This document shows, one piece after another, positions 1 through 8,615 of a stretch of 64,000 nucleotides of DNA (positions are counted from its first letter, which is position 1; every line of letters starts with the position of its first letter). A program made the position numbers and the translations under genes. The notes beneath the pieces are model-generated. The model worked only from the letters and a program-made list of their open reading frames with translations. It ran no database searches and was not told the DNA's origin. The stretch spans positions 13,580 to 77,579 of the forward strand of contig JAHDCD010000004.1 in assembly GCA_020630095.1 (NCBI GenBank). Reading direction: 5' to 3'. This stretch comes from Rickettsiales bacterium. Its GTDB lineage: Bacteria; Pseudomonadota; Alphaproteobacteria; Rickettsiales; UBA8987.

Positions 1-434
1 CCTATTGGCGCAACAATTGCGAGTAAGTCTGTTACTCTTACGAAATCTGTTCTGTGAACCTTCGCAAATAATGCGATTGATAATATTACACCTACCATTC
101 CGCCGTGGAAGCTCATGCCACCTTGACGTATGTAAAGTAGTATTAGCGGGTTTTGTAGAAAGGCCTCGGTTTGATAAAATAATATATAACCGACTCTTCC
201 GCCTAAAATTATACCCAGTATTAGCCAGATAAAAATATCTGAATATGCTTTTTCTGATAGGATTTCTTTGCCGTTAACTGCGCTAGAGCGCTTAGCTAGT
301 GGCTTTAATAAATACCAACCGATAAGTAAGCCAGCTATGTAAGATAGCGCATACCAAAATATATCCACCTGCCCTAGGTAAGGTAAGTTAAAGGTAACTG
401 CGGATCTATCAAATAATGGTAATTCATATGCCAT
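1..434 (-). CDS. lgt: prolipoprotein diacylglyceryl transferase, N-terminal part (3' end lies outside the window)
   Basis: Absent from the ORF track because there is no stop in the window. My minus-strand translation from the ATG at 434 reads MAYELPLFDRS...LLYIRQGGMSFHGGMVGVILSIALFAKVHRTDFVRVTDLLAIVAPIG. The GGMSFHGG motif and multi-helix hydrophobic pattern are typical of Lgt. Confidence 0.8.
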   Translation of the reverse strand, partial: MAYELPLFDRSAVTFNLPYLGQVDIFWYALSYIAGLLIGWYLLKPLAKRSSAVNGKEILSEKAYSDIFIWLILGIILGGRVGYILFYQTEAFLQNPLILLYIRQGGMSFHGGMVGVILSIALFAKVHRTDFVRVTDLLAIVAPI

Positions 435-476
435 ATATAATACCTAACGGCTTATTGGCGATATGTGAAGTACGTA

Positions 477-1340
477 TTATTCTTTTTCGAAGCCACGAGC
501 ATTCGTTTGATTTACAATTTCAGCCATGGCTTGTGGGTATGCGTTTGCACCAACTTTTTCTGTTTCAATTTCTGTTAATTTAGCACCCAAACCCATTTGC
601 ATAATAAATTCTTGAGCTTTCCCATTTTCAATAAGGTTAAACACCTGCTCAAGGTCATCACCATTTACACCAATTCTACCTAGGTGTGTATATGAATCTT
701 TAAATGCAACATAGTTATCTTTCTTAGGGGTAAACATATCTTCATCAATCATCCATTTCAAAGCTGTAACTGCATTATCTTCATCTGCCTGAGTTTTTAC
801 ACAATCCATTGATTCTTCTAAATTTGGAAACGCCGAAAGTAGATCAACTGCTAGAGTTAACGGATTATTTGACTTTTGAGACGGGCCTTTAGGTATGTCC
901 TCAAAATCGATTAATATTAGCGAAGAGTTTTGTATCAGATCATTTAAATGTGAATATTCTGGGTTGCTAACCTTCTCTAATTCTACATCTAGCGCTTGAG
1001 AAACAAGTTCAGCAAATAAATCACATTTTTCTTCTGCCGTAATCTCTTCTTTTGAAAGAAAATAGAAAAAATCACCTAAATCCTTTGTGTCATCAATTTT
1101 AAAATCAATGCCGTAATGTACAAAAACTGTATTAATATGCTTATTCGCTATTTCTTGGGCATCCTCCTCGGATACCCCTTCATCTAACTGAGACATTCTA
1201 TTAGGATTAAGAAAATACCTAATTATCATATCACTAAATTCTTTATCATTATCTTTAATGATATCAAGATTGATAAGAAAGGTTTCTAAATCAGGATTTT
1301 CATCCAGATAATCTGAAGCTATTTGAGAAAAATCTGCCAT
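477..1340 (-). CDS. hypothetical acidic protein (287 aa), orphan
   Basis: Long ORF with a very D/E-rich product and no motif I recognise. It is preceded by the conserved TTAA-N7-TTAA/-10 promoter architecture. Confidence 0.6.
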   Translation of the reverse strand: MADFSQIASDYLDENPDLETFLINLDIIKDNDKEFSDMIIRYFLNPNRMSQLDEGVSEEDAQEIANKHINTVFVHYGIDFKIDDTKDLGDFFYFLSKEEITAEEKCDLFAELVSQALDVELEKVSNPEYSHLNDLIQNSSLILIDFEDIPKGPSQKSNNPLTLAVDLLSAFPNLEESMDCVKTQADEDNAVTALKWMIDEDMFTPKKDNYVAFKDSYTHLGRIGVNGDDLEQVFNLIENGKAQEFIMQMGLGAKLTEIETEKVGANAYPQAMAEIVNQTNARGFEKE

Positions 1341-1347
1341 TAGCCTT

Positions 1348-1379
1348 ATTGTAGGGGCTAATGTTTAATAAATCGTTAA
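1348..1379 (-). promoter_or_regulatory. CtrA-type box (TTAA-cgattta-TTAAA) + N10 + TACAAT, 7 nt before the ATG at 1340
   Basis: The minus strand reads cTTAAcgatttaTTAAAcattagccccTACAATaaggctaATG. The geometry matches seven other loci in the window. Confidence 0.55.
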
Positions 1380-4300
1380 GCTTGAAGGGAAATTACTTCT
1401 AGGTTATCCCATCCGATAGAGTTTACCTTCTCAATTGAAGCAACAATTTCACGTGCGCCAGTTGCGGTAGTTGTATAAGGAATCTTTTCAATAAGCGTAT
1501 TACGACGGATAGAGAAACTATCTTGTAACGCCTGCTCACCTTCAGTTGTGTTGATAACAAGGTCAACTTTACCTTCCTTAATTGCATCTACAATATGCGG
1601 ACTACCTTCAAGCACTTTATTAATTTGAGCAGCTTTAATGCCGTTAGTATTTAAGTGCTTTGCCGTACCTTCAGTTGCGGTAATATTAAAGCCCATATTG
1701 GCGAATTTTTGTGCGATAGGTAGAATGTCTTCCTTATCCTTGTTGCGTACAGAAATAAATACATTACCTGAAAGTGGTAATTTATTCCCCGTACCAAGCT
1801 GCCCCTTGTAAAAGGCGATTTCAAAGTCGGCATCGTAACCCATAGCTTCGCCAGTAGATTTCATTTCTGGGCCAAGTACTACGTCAACATCCGCGAAACG
1901 GCTGAATGGGAATACAACTTCTTTTACCGCGAATAACTGCTTAGCTTTACCTTGAGTTAAAGCTTTGATATCTTTTAGCTTTTTGCCAGCCATAACTTTT
2001 GCGGCAATTTTAGCGACAGGCACGCCAGTTGCTTTTGCAACGAATGGCACTGTACGCGATGCGCGTGGGTTAACCTCTAACACGTAAATTGTACCTTCCT
2101 GAGAAACCGCGAATTGTACGTTCATTAAACCGATAATCCCAAGCTCTTTAGCCATTTGCGTAGCTTGAGTTTTAAGCTCATCAATTTTAGCATCCGAAAG
2201 TGAATATGGCGGTATAGAACAGGCTGAATCGCCAGAGTGAACACCAGCTTCTTCAATATGCTCCATTACACCTGCGATAAAAATATCATCACCATCAGAT
2301 ATAACATCAACGTCAACTTCTGTGGCTTTATTTAAGAATCTATCAAGTAATAGAGGACCATGTTCAAAACAGTTGGGGAATTGGATTAGGTATTTAGCAA
2401 AACCCTCTGTATTATCTACAATTGCCATTGCCTGACCGCCAAGTACAAATGACGGACGAACAACCACAGGGAAACCAATTTCTTCAATTTTAACTTTCGC
2501 TTCTTCTGGAGTATTAGCAATAGCGTTTTCAGGCTGTTTTAAATCTAACTTCTCTAGAAGCTTTTTAAACAAATCTCTATCTTCCGCGTCATCAATTACT
2601 TTGGCAGATGTACCAAGTAACGGGAAGTTATTTTCGTGTAATTTGTTAGCTAGTTTTAACGGAGTTTGCCCGCCGAACTGCATATTAACACCTTTTACCT
2701 TACCGGCAGTTTGCTCTTTATAGATAATTTCAGAAACATCTTCATAAGTAATAGGCTCGAAATATAGGCGGTCGGAAGTATCGTAATCAGTTGATACAGT
2801 TTCAGGGTTACAGTTAACCATTATGCTCTCGTAGCCGTCTTCCTTGGCAGCGAAAAGTGCGTGAACGCAAGCATAGTCAAATTCGATACCCTGCCCGATT
2901 CTATTAGGGCCAGAGCCTAGAACGATTATTTTCTCCTCATCAGAAACACCTGCTTCGCAGTCTGGTTCATTTACACCGTCACCAGCGTAAGTTGAATACA
3001 TATAAGGTGTAATTGCAGCGAACTCGCCTGCGCATGAATCTATGCGTTTGAATACTGGGCGAACATCTAGTGAGTGACGAAGTGCACGGATTTCATCTTC
3101 AGTTTTACCCGCAAGCTCTGCAAGGCGCGCATCCGAGAAGCCTTTTTTCTTAACCGCAAGCATGCCGAATTTATCTTCTGGAATGCCCTGCTCTTTAATA
3201 TCTAGCTCGTAAGAAACGATTTCTTCAATTTGGTCTAAAAACCATTGATCCCATTCCGTTAATTCTTGGATTTTCTTTAATGTATAACCGCGGCGCATAG
3301 CTTCGGCTATGTACATAATACGTTTTGGGGTACGTTTTGCCAGTTCCGCATCAAGGTCTGCTGTTGCTATTGCAGCTTTATCATTTAAGCCTGAAACACC
3401 AGTTTCAAGTGAGCGTAATGCTTTTTGTAAGCTTTCTGCAAAGTTTGAGCCGATAGCCATAACTTCACCAACGGATTTCATTGCAGATGTTAAAATAGGC
3501 TCAGCGCCGGCGAATTTTTCAAATGTGAAGCGTGGTATTTTAGTTACAACGTAATCAATTGAAGGCTCAAATGATGCTGGCGTACAGCCAGTACAGTCAT
3601 TTGTAATTTCATCTAGCGTATAGCCAATCGCTAGTTTTGCGGCAACTTTAGCTATCGGGTAACCTGTCGCTTTAGATGCAAGCGCGGATGAACGGCTTAC
3701 GCGTGGATTCATTTCAATAACGACCATTTTGCCATTTTCAGGATTAACGCCGAATTGTACGTTTGAACCACCAGTTTCAACACCGATTTCGCGCAGTACA
3801 GCAATAGATGCGTTACGCATGCGCTGATATTCTTTATCCGTTAATGTTAGCGCAGGGGCAACTGTTATAGAGTCCCCCGTATGTACACCCATAGGGTCTA
3901 CGTTTTCAATGGCGCAAATAATAATGCAGTTATCAGCTTTATCGCGGACAACTTCCATTTCATACTCCTTCCAGCCAAGAAGTGATTCATCAATAAGCAC
4001 TTGATTAGTTGGTGAAGCATCTAAGCCTGAAGCTACGATTGCTTTAAATTCTTCCATTGTGTTAGCAATACCACCACCTGTACCACCTAGGGTAAATGAT
4101 GGGCGGATAATTGCCGGCAAGCCTGCAGTTTTAATGAACTCTAGTGCGTCATCAATATTATCAACAACAGTATTAGCGGGCACGTTTAAGCCGATTTTTG
4201 CCATAGCCTCGTTGAAGCGGGCGCGGTTTTCAGCTTTATCTATAGAGTCTGGCTGAACACCGATAAGCGATACGTTATGTTTTTCTAAAATGCCAAGCTC

Positions 4301-4609
4301 GTGAAGTTCAAGTGCGCAGTTTAATGCCGTTTGACCACCCATTGTAGGCAGTAAAACATCCGGCTTTTCTTTAGCGATAATTTTTTCAACAAACTCTGGA
4401 GTGATAGGCTCAATATAAGTCGCGTCCGCCATGTTGGGGTCGGTCATAATTGTAGCAGGGTTGGAGTTTACCAGAATTACGCGATACCCTTCTTCCTTCA
4501 ATGCCTTACAAGCTTGAGCGCCGGAATAGTCAAATTCGCATGCTTGACCTATAATGATAGGGCCAGCGCCGATAATTAATATTGATTTTATATCTGTTCT
4601 TTTTGGCAT
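1376..4609 (-). CDS. carB: carbamoyl-phosphate synthase large subunit
   Basis: The ~1077 aa product has duplicated ATP-grasp halves and the [31 protein letters not shown]-terminus. The start was moved to the MPKRTD methionine at 4609; the track start at 4645 adds 12 unlikely residues. Confidence 0.97.
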   Translation of the reverse strand: MPKRTDIKSILIIGAGPIIIGQACEFDYSGAQACKALKEEGYRVILVNSNPATIMTDPNMADATYIEPITPEFVEKIIAKEKPDVLLPTMGGQTALNCALELHELGILEKHNVSLIGVQPDSIDKAENRARFNEAMAKIGLNVPANTVVDNIDDALEFIKTAGLPAIIRPSFTLGGTGGGIANTMEEFKAIVASGLDASPTNQVLIDESLLGWKEYEMEVVRDKADNCIIICAIENVDPMGVHTGDSITVAPALTLTDKEYQRMRNASIAVLREIGVETGGSNVQFGVNPENGKMVVIEMNPRVSRSSALASKATGYPIAKVAAKLAIGYTLDEITNDCTGCTPASFEPSIDYVVTKIPRFTFEKFAGAEPILTSAMKSVGEVMAIGSNFAESLQKALRSLETGVSGLNDKAAIATADLDAELAKRTPKRIMYIAEAMRRGYTLKKIQELTEWDQWFLDQIEEIVSYELDIKEQGIPEDKFGMLAVKKKGFSDARLAELAGKTEDEIRALRHSLDVRPVFKRIDSCAGEFAAITPYMYSTYAGDGVNEPDCEAGVSDEEKIIVLGSGPNRIGQGIEFDYACVHALFAAKEDGYESIMVNCNPETVSTDYDTSDRLYFEPITYEDVSEIIYKEQTAGKVKGVNMQFGGQTPLKLANKLHENNFPLLGTSAKVIDDAEDRDLFKKLLEKLDLKQPENAIANTPEEAKVKIEEIGFPVVVRPSFVLGGQAMAIVDNTEGFAKYLIQFPNCFEHGPLLLDRFLNKATEVDVDVISDGDDIFIAGVMEHIEEAGVHSGDSACSIPPYSLSDAKIDELKTQATQMAKELGIIGLMNVQFAVSQEGTIYVLEVNPRASRTVPFVAKATGVPVAKIAAKVMAGKKLKDIKALTQGKAKQLFAVKEVVFPFSRFADVDVVLGPEMKSTGEAMGYDADFEIAFYKGQLGTGNKLPLSGNVFISVRNKDKEDILPIAQKFANMGFNITATEGTAKHLNTNGIKAAQINKVLEGSPHIVDAIKEGKVDLVINTTEGEQALQDSFSIRRNTLIEKIPYTTTATGAREIVASIEKVNSIGWDNLEVISLQA

Positions 4610-4700
4610 AGTATTAGCAGATGAGCATATAAGAAGGTTAAGCATATTAGAAGCCCAACTTCTTATCTGCTTATATGCTTATTCCTCTTATATGCTAAAT
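4610..4700 (-). repeat. ~90 bp palindromic leader element directly upstream of the carB start; first 42 nt shared with the lipA leader
   Basis: The minus strand reads ATTTAGCATATAAGAGGAATAAGCATATAAGCAGATAAGAAGTtgggCTTCTAATATGCTTAACCTTCTTATATGCTcatctgctaatactATG. The two arms are inverted copies of each other. Confidence 0.7.
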
Positions 4701-4774
4701 TTAGGCAAAACTTTGAGAGTACTACAAAATGAAGGCAATTAATCAAGGGGAAAATTGGAGAATTATAAGATTTT

Positions 4775-5020
4775 TTAGCCTAAGAAGATTTTAAGCATAG
4801 CAAACATACCGCCCAATATAGCAAATGCCATGATATACATTTTGTTAGTAAGCTTATATTCAAGAACTTGTAAAGAGTTCTCAAGGTCAGATTTTGTAGC
4901 AACACCATCGCCAATATCAGTAATTACTTCAACAACTTGCTGGGCTTGCTTTTTGGTAAAGCTCTTATTCTTCATAAGATGTTCTATAGCTTGATGTGTA
5001 TCTATAATTTGTGCTACCAT
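4775..5020 (-). CDS. small C-terminally membrane-anchored coiled-coil protein (DUF1640/CCDC90-like)
   Basis: The sequence MVAQIIDTHQAIEHLMKNKSFTKKQAQQVVEVI...ATKSDLENSL with a C-terminal TM helix resembles DUF1640 proteins. The start was set at 5020 to avoid overlap with dcd. Confidence 0.5.
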   Translation of the reverse strand: MVAQIIDTHQAIEHLMKNKSFTKKQAQQVVEVITDIGDGVATKSDLENSLQVLEYKLTNKMYIMAFAILGGMFAMLKIFLG

Positions 5021-5057
5021 GCCTTTAATATATAATATAAATCTATAAAAATCAAGG

Positions 5058-5621
5058 TTATACCTTTGGAAGGGTAACACCTTTTTGTTGCATATATTTA
5101 CCAGCTTTATCTGCGTATGAGGTTTCGCATGGTTGATCGCCCTTTAAGAATAAGAACTGACACACACCTTCATTAGCATAAATTTTGGCAGGAAGTGGCG
5201 TAGTATTTGAGAACTCTAGAGTTACATGACCTTCCCAATCTGGCTCAAGCGGGGTAACATTTACAATTATACCACAACGCGCATATGTAGACTTACCTAA
5301 ACAGATAGTTAAAACGTCACGCGGGATTTTAAAATATTCCGTAGTGCGAGCAAGTGCAAAGCTATTTGGTGGAATAATGCAAACGTCGCCCTTGAAATCT
5401 ACAAAACTATTTTCGGAAAAGTTTTTAGGGTCAACAGTTGCAGAGTGAACATTGGTGAAAATTTTAAACTCGTCAGCAACGCGGGCATCGTACCCGTAAG
5501 ATGACAAACCATACGATACTATTTTATTGCCATCGACCTCGCGGATATTGCCATCAACAAATGGTTCAATCATTGAGTGGTTTTGGGCTAAATCTCTTAT
5601 TGCTATATCGCTTAGTATCAT
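5058..5621 (-). CDS. dcd: dCTP deaminase
   Basis: 187 aa. [11 protein letters not shown]...EPF...SYGYD...[23 protein letters not shown] is the typical Dcd pattern. Confidence 0.93.
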   Translation of the reverse strand: MILSDIAIRDLAQNHSMIEPFVDGNIREVDGNKIVSYGLSSYGYDARVADEFKIFTNVHSATVDPKNFSENSFVDFKGDVCIIPPNSFALARTTEYFKIPRDVLTICLGKSTYARCGIIVNVTPLEPDWEGHVTLEFSNTTPLPAKIYANEGVCQFLFLKGDQPCETSYADKAGKYMQQKGVTLPKV

Positions 5622-5623
5622 CT

Positions 5624-5652
5624 TTTGTTTGTGTTTGTGTTTGTGTTTGTGT
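5624..5652. repeat. hexanucleotide microsatellite (TTTGTG)n, about 4.5 units, starting 3 nt upstream of the dcd start codon
   Basis: Read directly as tttgTTTGTGTTTGTGTTTGTGTTTGTGtag. On the dcd strand this is (CACAAA)n sitting where an RBS would be. Confidence 0.9.
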
Positions 5653-5670
5653 AGGTATCAAACTAAATTT

Positions 5671-5739
5671 TGTCATTCCCGCGCAGGCGGGAATCTCATA
5701 CAAATTCAGAGGAGATCCCCGATCAAGTCGGGGATGACA
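5671..5739. repeat. ~70 bp palindromic (MITE/RPE-like) element with TGTCAT...ATGACA termini
   Basis: The sequence is tgtcattcccgcgcaggcgggaatc...gatccccgatcaagtcggggatgaca. Each arm is itself a hairpin. A second copy in opposite orientation lies at 29521-29592. Confidence 0.8.
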
Positions 5740-5789
5740 CAAGCAAGACTAATAAACCACCTAAACAAAAACATAAACATAAAACATTA

Positions 5790-6806
5790 ATGGACTTTAT
5801 TGAAAATAACTTCGCTAATATCAAGGGGCATGAAGATATTGAGAAGCAATTTGTTGCTGAGTTTAATAACGACAAGATGCACCATGCGTATCTATTAAGT
5901 GGTGTTAAGGGCATAGGCAAGGCATCTGTAGCTTTGCGTTTAGCGTATTTTCTACTTACTCAACATAAAGCTAATGCTATGTTTGCACCTGAAGGGGTTG
6001 AGGTGGATGCTGAATCCTCCGATTATAGCCAAATGAAGCAAGGCATTACGCCAGACTTAATGTATTTAGGGCTAAATTCTTATGAGCGCTACCTTGCAAA
6101 GCCTGAGGATAAATCTGAAAAAACTATAAAAGTTGAAGCGATGAAGAAGATTGAAGCCTTCTTGATGCAGTCTGCAAGTATTGCAGAATATAAGGTAGTT
6201 ATTATAGATTCTTACGAAGCGCTAAATAAAGAAGGTGTAAATAGTATTTTAAAGATAGTTGAAGAACCGCCAAAGAAGTGCGTGTTCTTTATTATATCAC
6301 ATACGGATAACGTTCTACCAACTATAAAGTCACGCTGTAGAAAGCTTAACTTTAAACCTATAGAACAGGATGTTATTATAAATATCTTAGGTAATAAGTT
6401 AGGCGATGCAATTAAGAATTTTGCTGTTAACAATTCTGGCGGGTCAGTTGGTACAGCGCAGGCCTTAGCTAAGGAAAAATTATATAATCTTTATATGCAA
6501 ATCTCTACATTGCTGGCGGCAAATGATATAGATATTGGCAGAGCGCAGGAAATTGGTAAAGTTATTGATAAAGAGTATAAAAAAGACTTCGCGCTGATTA
6601 CTCTACTTATTCAACAAATTATTCGAGAGAAGGTGCTTCATAAATCCCCTCACCCAACCCTCTCCCCAGAGGAGAGGGCTAAAATAATGGCCAATCTTTG
6701 GTTTGAAGTTGGAGAAATTGGGATTGATAAAAATAATCTTAACCTAAGTGGCGAGCATGCCTTTGTTGAGATAGCAAGAAAATTTAGCAAGATTAGCGAG
6801 GGCTAG
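5790..6806 (+). CDS. holB: DNA polymerase III delta-prime subunit
   Basis: AAA+ clamp-loader pattern with GVKGIGKASVALRLAYFLL, a VVIIDSYEAL Walker B-like segment and the SRCRKLNFKP (SRC) motif. The start was set at MDFIENN (5790) because the track start at 5670 reads through the palindromic element. Confidence 0.75.
   Translation: MDFIENNFANIKGHEDIEKQFVAEFNNDKMHHAYLLSGVKGIGKASVALRLAYFLLTQHKANAMFAPEGVEVDAESSDYSQMKQGITPDLMYLGLNSYERYLAKPEDKSEKTIKVEAMKKIEAFLMQSASIAEYKVVIIDSYEALNKEGVNSILKIVEEPPKKCVFFIISHTDNVLPTIKSRCRKLNFKPIEQDVIINILGNKLGDAIKNFAVNNSGGSVGTAQALAKEKLYNLYMQISTLLAANDIDIGRAQEIGKVIDKEYKKDFALITLLIQQIIREKVLHKSPHPTLSPEERAKIMANLWFEVGEIGIDKNNLNLSGEHAFVEIARKFSKISEG
6645..6679. repeat. GC-rich hairpin element embedded in-frame in holB
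   Basis: The sequence tcccctcacccaaCCCTCTCCccagaGGAGAGGGc has an 8 bp stem (6658-6665 pairing with 6671-6678). It encodes SPHPTLSPEERA in an otherwise AT-rich gene. Confidence 0.6.
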
Positions 6807-6829
6807 CAGATGTGTAGCGAGGATTAGCA

Positions 6830-7987
6830 ATGATTTACTTAGATTACAATGCAACCTGCCCTATATTGCCTGAAGTTAAACAGACTATGTTAAGTGCTAT
6901 GGATAGACCTTATAATGCATCTTCTGTGCATGCCTTGGGGCGCGAGGCGAAGAATATTATATCCAAAGCTAAAGATAATATTCGCGGTAAGCTTGGTAGT
7001 GAATCTGCTGAGATAATATTTACTGGAACATCTACTGAAGCATCTAACTTAGCGTTAAAAGGATTAGATAAAGTTAAAACCATTATAACTACCGAAGTTG
7101 AGCATAGCGCAGTACTTAATACTGTAAAATCATTTTATCATTGCGAGAAACAAAGTGACGAAGCAATCCAGAAATCTACCCAAGCGAATAAATCACTGGA
7201 TCGCTTCGCTAATGCTCGCGATGACAGGATATATATAATTCAAGTTGATTCAAATGGTATAACTAAACTAGATGAATTAGATAAAGCCTTGAGTAAGGCG
7301 GAAAGCCCTGCTTTGGTTAGCGTGCAATTAGCTAATAGTGAAACTGGAGTAATTCAGCCTATTAAAGAAGTAGTTAAAATTGCGCTTAAATATGGCGCGT
7401 ACATCCATTCTGATGCTACTGCGGCACTAGGTAAGGTTAATATAAACTTTGATGAGTTAGGCGTGGATATGATATCCGTAGCAGCGCATAAAATTGGTGG
7501 CCCACAAGGTGTTGGCGCACTTATCCATAAGAAGGGATTACATTTTAATGCGTTAATTCAAGGTGGCGGACAACAAGGTGGCTATAGAAGTGGCACAGAA
7601 AATATAGCTGGAATTGTTGGCTTTGCTAAAGCATGCGAGCTTATTGAAACTAAAGCATATAACAATATTTCTATATTGCGTGATGAGTTACAGTACACAT
7701 TAGAAACTAAGGGCTGGCAGGTATTTGGTAAAGAGTCTGAGCGCCTATGCAACACCTTGCTTGTTTCTGATGGTAAAACGCCCGCAGAAACCCAGCTTAT
7801 TAAAGCAGACTTAGCGGGCATTTGTATATCTGCAGGTTCGGCATGCTCAAGCGGTAAAGTTACTGAAAGTTATGTATTAAAGGCAATGGGAATAGATAAA
7901 ATAATAGCCGAAGGTGCTATTCGCCTTTCCTTAGGGGTTAATACTACAAAAAATGAAATTAAAACCTTTTTAACCAAGTTAACTTAA
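6830..7987 (+). CDS. cysteine desulfurase (NifS/IscS-type class V aminotransferase) carrying an in-frame palindromic-element insertion
   Basis: Contains the PLP-lysine context SVAAHKIGGPQGVGAL, the catalytic Cys loop SAGSACSSG and the N-terminus MIYLDYNATCP. Confidence 0.85.
   Translation: MIYLDYNATCPILPEVKQTMLSAMDRPYNASSVHALGREAKNIISKAKDNIRGKLGSESAEIIFTGTSTEASNLALKGLDKVKTIITTEVEHSAVLNTVKSFYHCEKQSDEAIQKSTQANKSLDRFANARDDRIYIIQVDSNGITKLDELDKALSKAESPALVSVQLANSETGVIQPIKEVVKIALKYGAYIHSDATAALGKVNINFDELGVDMISVAAHKIGGPQGVGALIHKKGLHFNALIQGGGQQGGYRSGTENIAGIVGFAKACELIETKAYNNISILRDELQYTLETKGWQVFGKESERLCNTLLVSDGKTPAETQLIKADLAGICISAGSACSSGKVTESYVLKAMGIDKIIAEGAIRLSLGVNTTKNEIKTFLTKLT
7139..7225. repeat. RPE-like palindromic element inserted in-frame in the cysteine desulfurase gene
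   Basis: CATTGCGAG..ACGAAGCAATCCAG...CTGGATCGCTTCG..CTCGCGATG has two nested inverted repeats with one mismatch each. It is translated as HCEKQSDEAIQKSTQANKSLDRFANARDDR. Confidence 0.75.
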
Positions 7988-8010
7988 TATTAACCTATCT
8001 GTTGTAATAT
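7979..8010 (+). promoter_or_regulatory. CtrA-type box TTAAC-N6-TTAAC + N10 + TAATAT, 7 nt before the ATG at 8018
   Basis: Reads gTTAACttaataTTAACctatctgttgTAATATttgaattATG. Confidence 0.55.
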
Positions 8011-8017
8011 TTGAATT

Positions 8018-8572
8018 ATGGCAAAGGATACTACAGATAAAAAAGGGTTCTTTATACGTTTATTTACAGCAATTGGGCTAGCTTCTGTGTTACCTTTTAT
8101 TGGAAAAAAAGATGAGGCGGGAATTGATGGCATTTTACAGCCTGATGGTAGCATTACTCATCCAAAAAGTGGAGAAGTAATTAGATTAAATAACTATCTA
8201 GAAAATTATTTTGGAGTTGAACCTGAAAGTAAAAAAGAAACACCCATTACTGAGGATCAGCCAGCATTACCTTTGGAAATGAAAGAAATCATTGAAGCTC
8301 GCCCTAGAGGACGAGGTGATATTGTACCAATCCACCCTAAACAAAAAACTGAACCTGACGCTGCACCTAGTTATTGGGATGAAAAAAATTGGAAAAAACC
8401 TGATGAAAATCCTGCTCCTGAAGAATTATCTCCACCACAAGAAGATGAGCAAAAGGAAGAAAGAAGAAGGCCCAGAGGAAGGGAACCACATGCGCTTGAA
8501 GCAGAATTTCAGATGGCTGAAGCTCCTCAAAGTGAAGCTAGCGCACAAGTAACTGAAAATGAGCTAAGTTAA
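8018..8572 (+). CDS. hypothetical protein with N-terminal TM helix and a Pro/Glu-rich acidic tail (184 aa)
   Basis: ORF with the conserved promoter architecture. The hydrophobic segment is FFIRLFTAIGLASVLPFIG. No known motif. Confidence 0.55.
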   Translation: MAKDTTDKKGFFIRLFTAIGLASVLPFIGKKDEAGIDGILQPDGSITHPKSGEVIRLNNYLENYFGVEPESKKETPITEDQPALPLEMKEIIEARPRGRGDIVPIHPKQKTEPDAAPSYWDEKNWKKPDENPAPEELSPPQEDEQKEERRRPRGREPHALEAEFQMAEAPQSEASAQVTENELS

Positions 8573-8577
8573 TTATG

Positions 8578-8609
8578 TTAACTTTAAATTAACCTTTTGA
8601 AGATAAAAT
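8578..8609 (+). promoter_or_regulatory. CtrA-type box TTAAC-N6-TTAAC + N10 + TAAAAT, 6 nt before the ATG at 8616
   Basis: Reads gTTAACtttaaaTTAACcttttgaagaTAAAATttaactATG. Confidence 0.55.
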
Positions 8610-8615
8610 TTAACT

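Noticed and set aside
1651-4256. Several 60-81 aa ORFs inside or antisense to carB (1651-1833, 3309-3554, 4059-4256). Similar antisense ORFs lie inside gyrB (16562-16885, 17339-17593), nadA, metG, the methyltransferase, the helicase, the tape measure gene (55455-57062) and the g15-like gene.
   Set aside because: All lie wholly within, and mostly antisense to, long well-supported genes. Their low-complexity products are typical of shadow ORFs.
4554-4742. 62 aa ORF over the carB leader, and the 96 aa ORF at 18040-18330 over the lipA leader
   Set aside because: Both are generated by the repeated leader element and overlap real gene starts. They are better explained as non-coding repeat sequence.
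5670-5789. The track's long start for holB (MSFPRRRESHTNSEEIPDQVGDD...)
   Set aside because: The extra 40 codons are a read-through of the palindromic element at 5671-5739 and have no holB-like sequence. ATG 5790 (MDFIENN...) gives a normal N-terminus.
5501-5790. Plus-strand ORFs of 78 and 87 aa containing CVCVCVCV / CLCLCLCL runs
   Set aside because: They are artefacts of translating the (TTTGTG)n microsatellite and the antisense strand of dcd. They are not credible genes.
8292-8552. 86 aa ORF in an alternative frame inside the gene at 8018-8572
   Set aside because: It is fully nested in the same-strand ORF that has the conserved promoter. Its Lys-rich product reflects the AT-rich, repetitive codon content.
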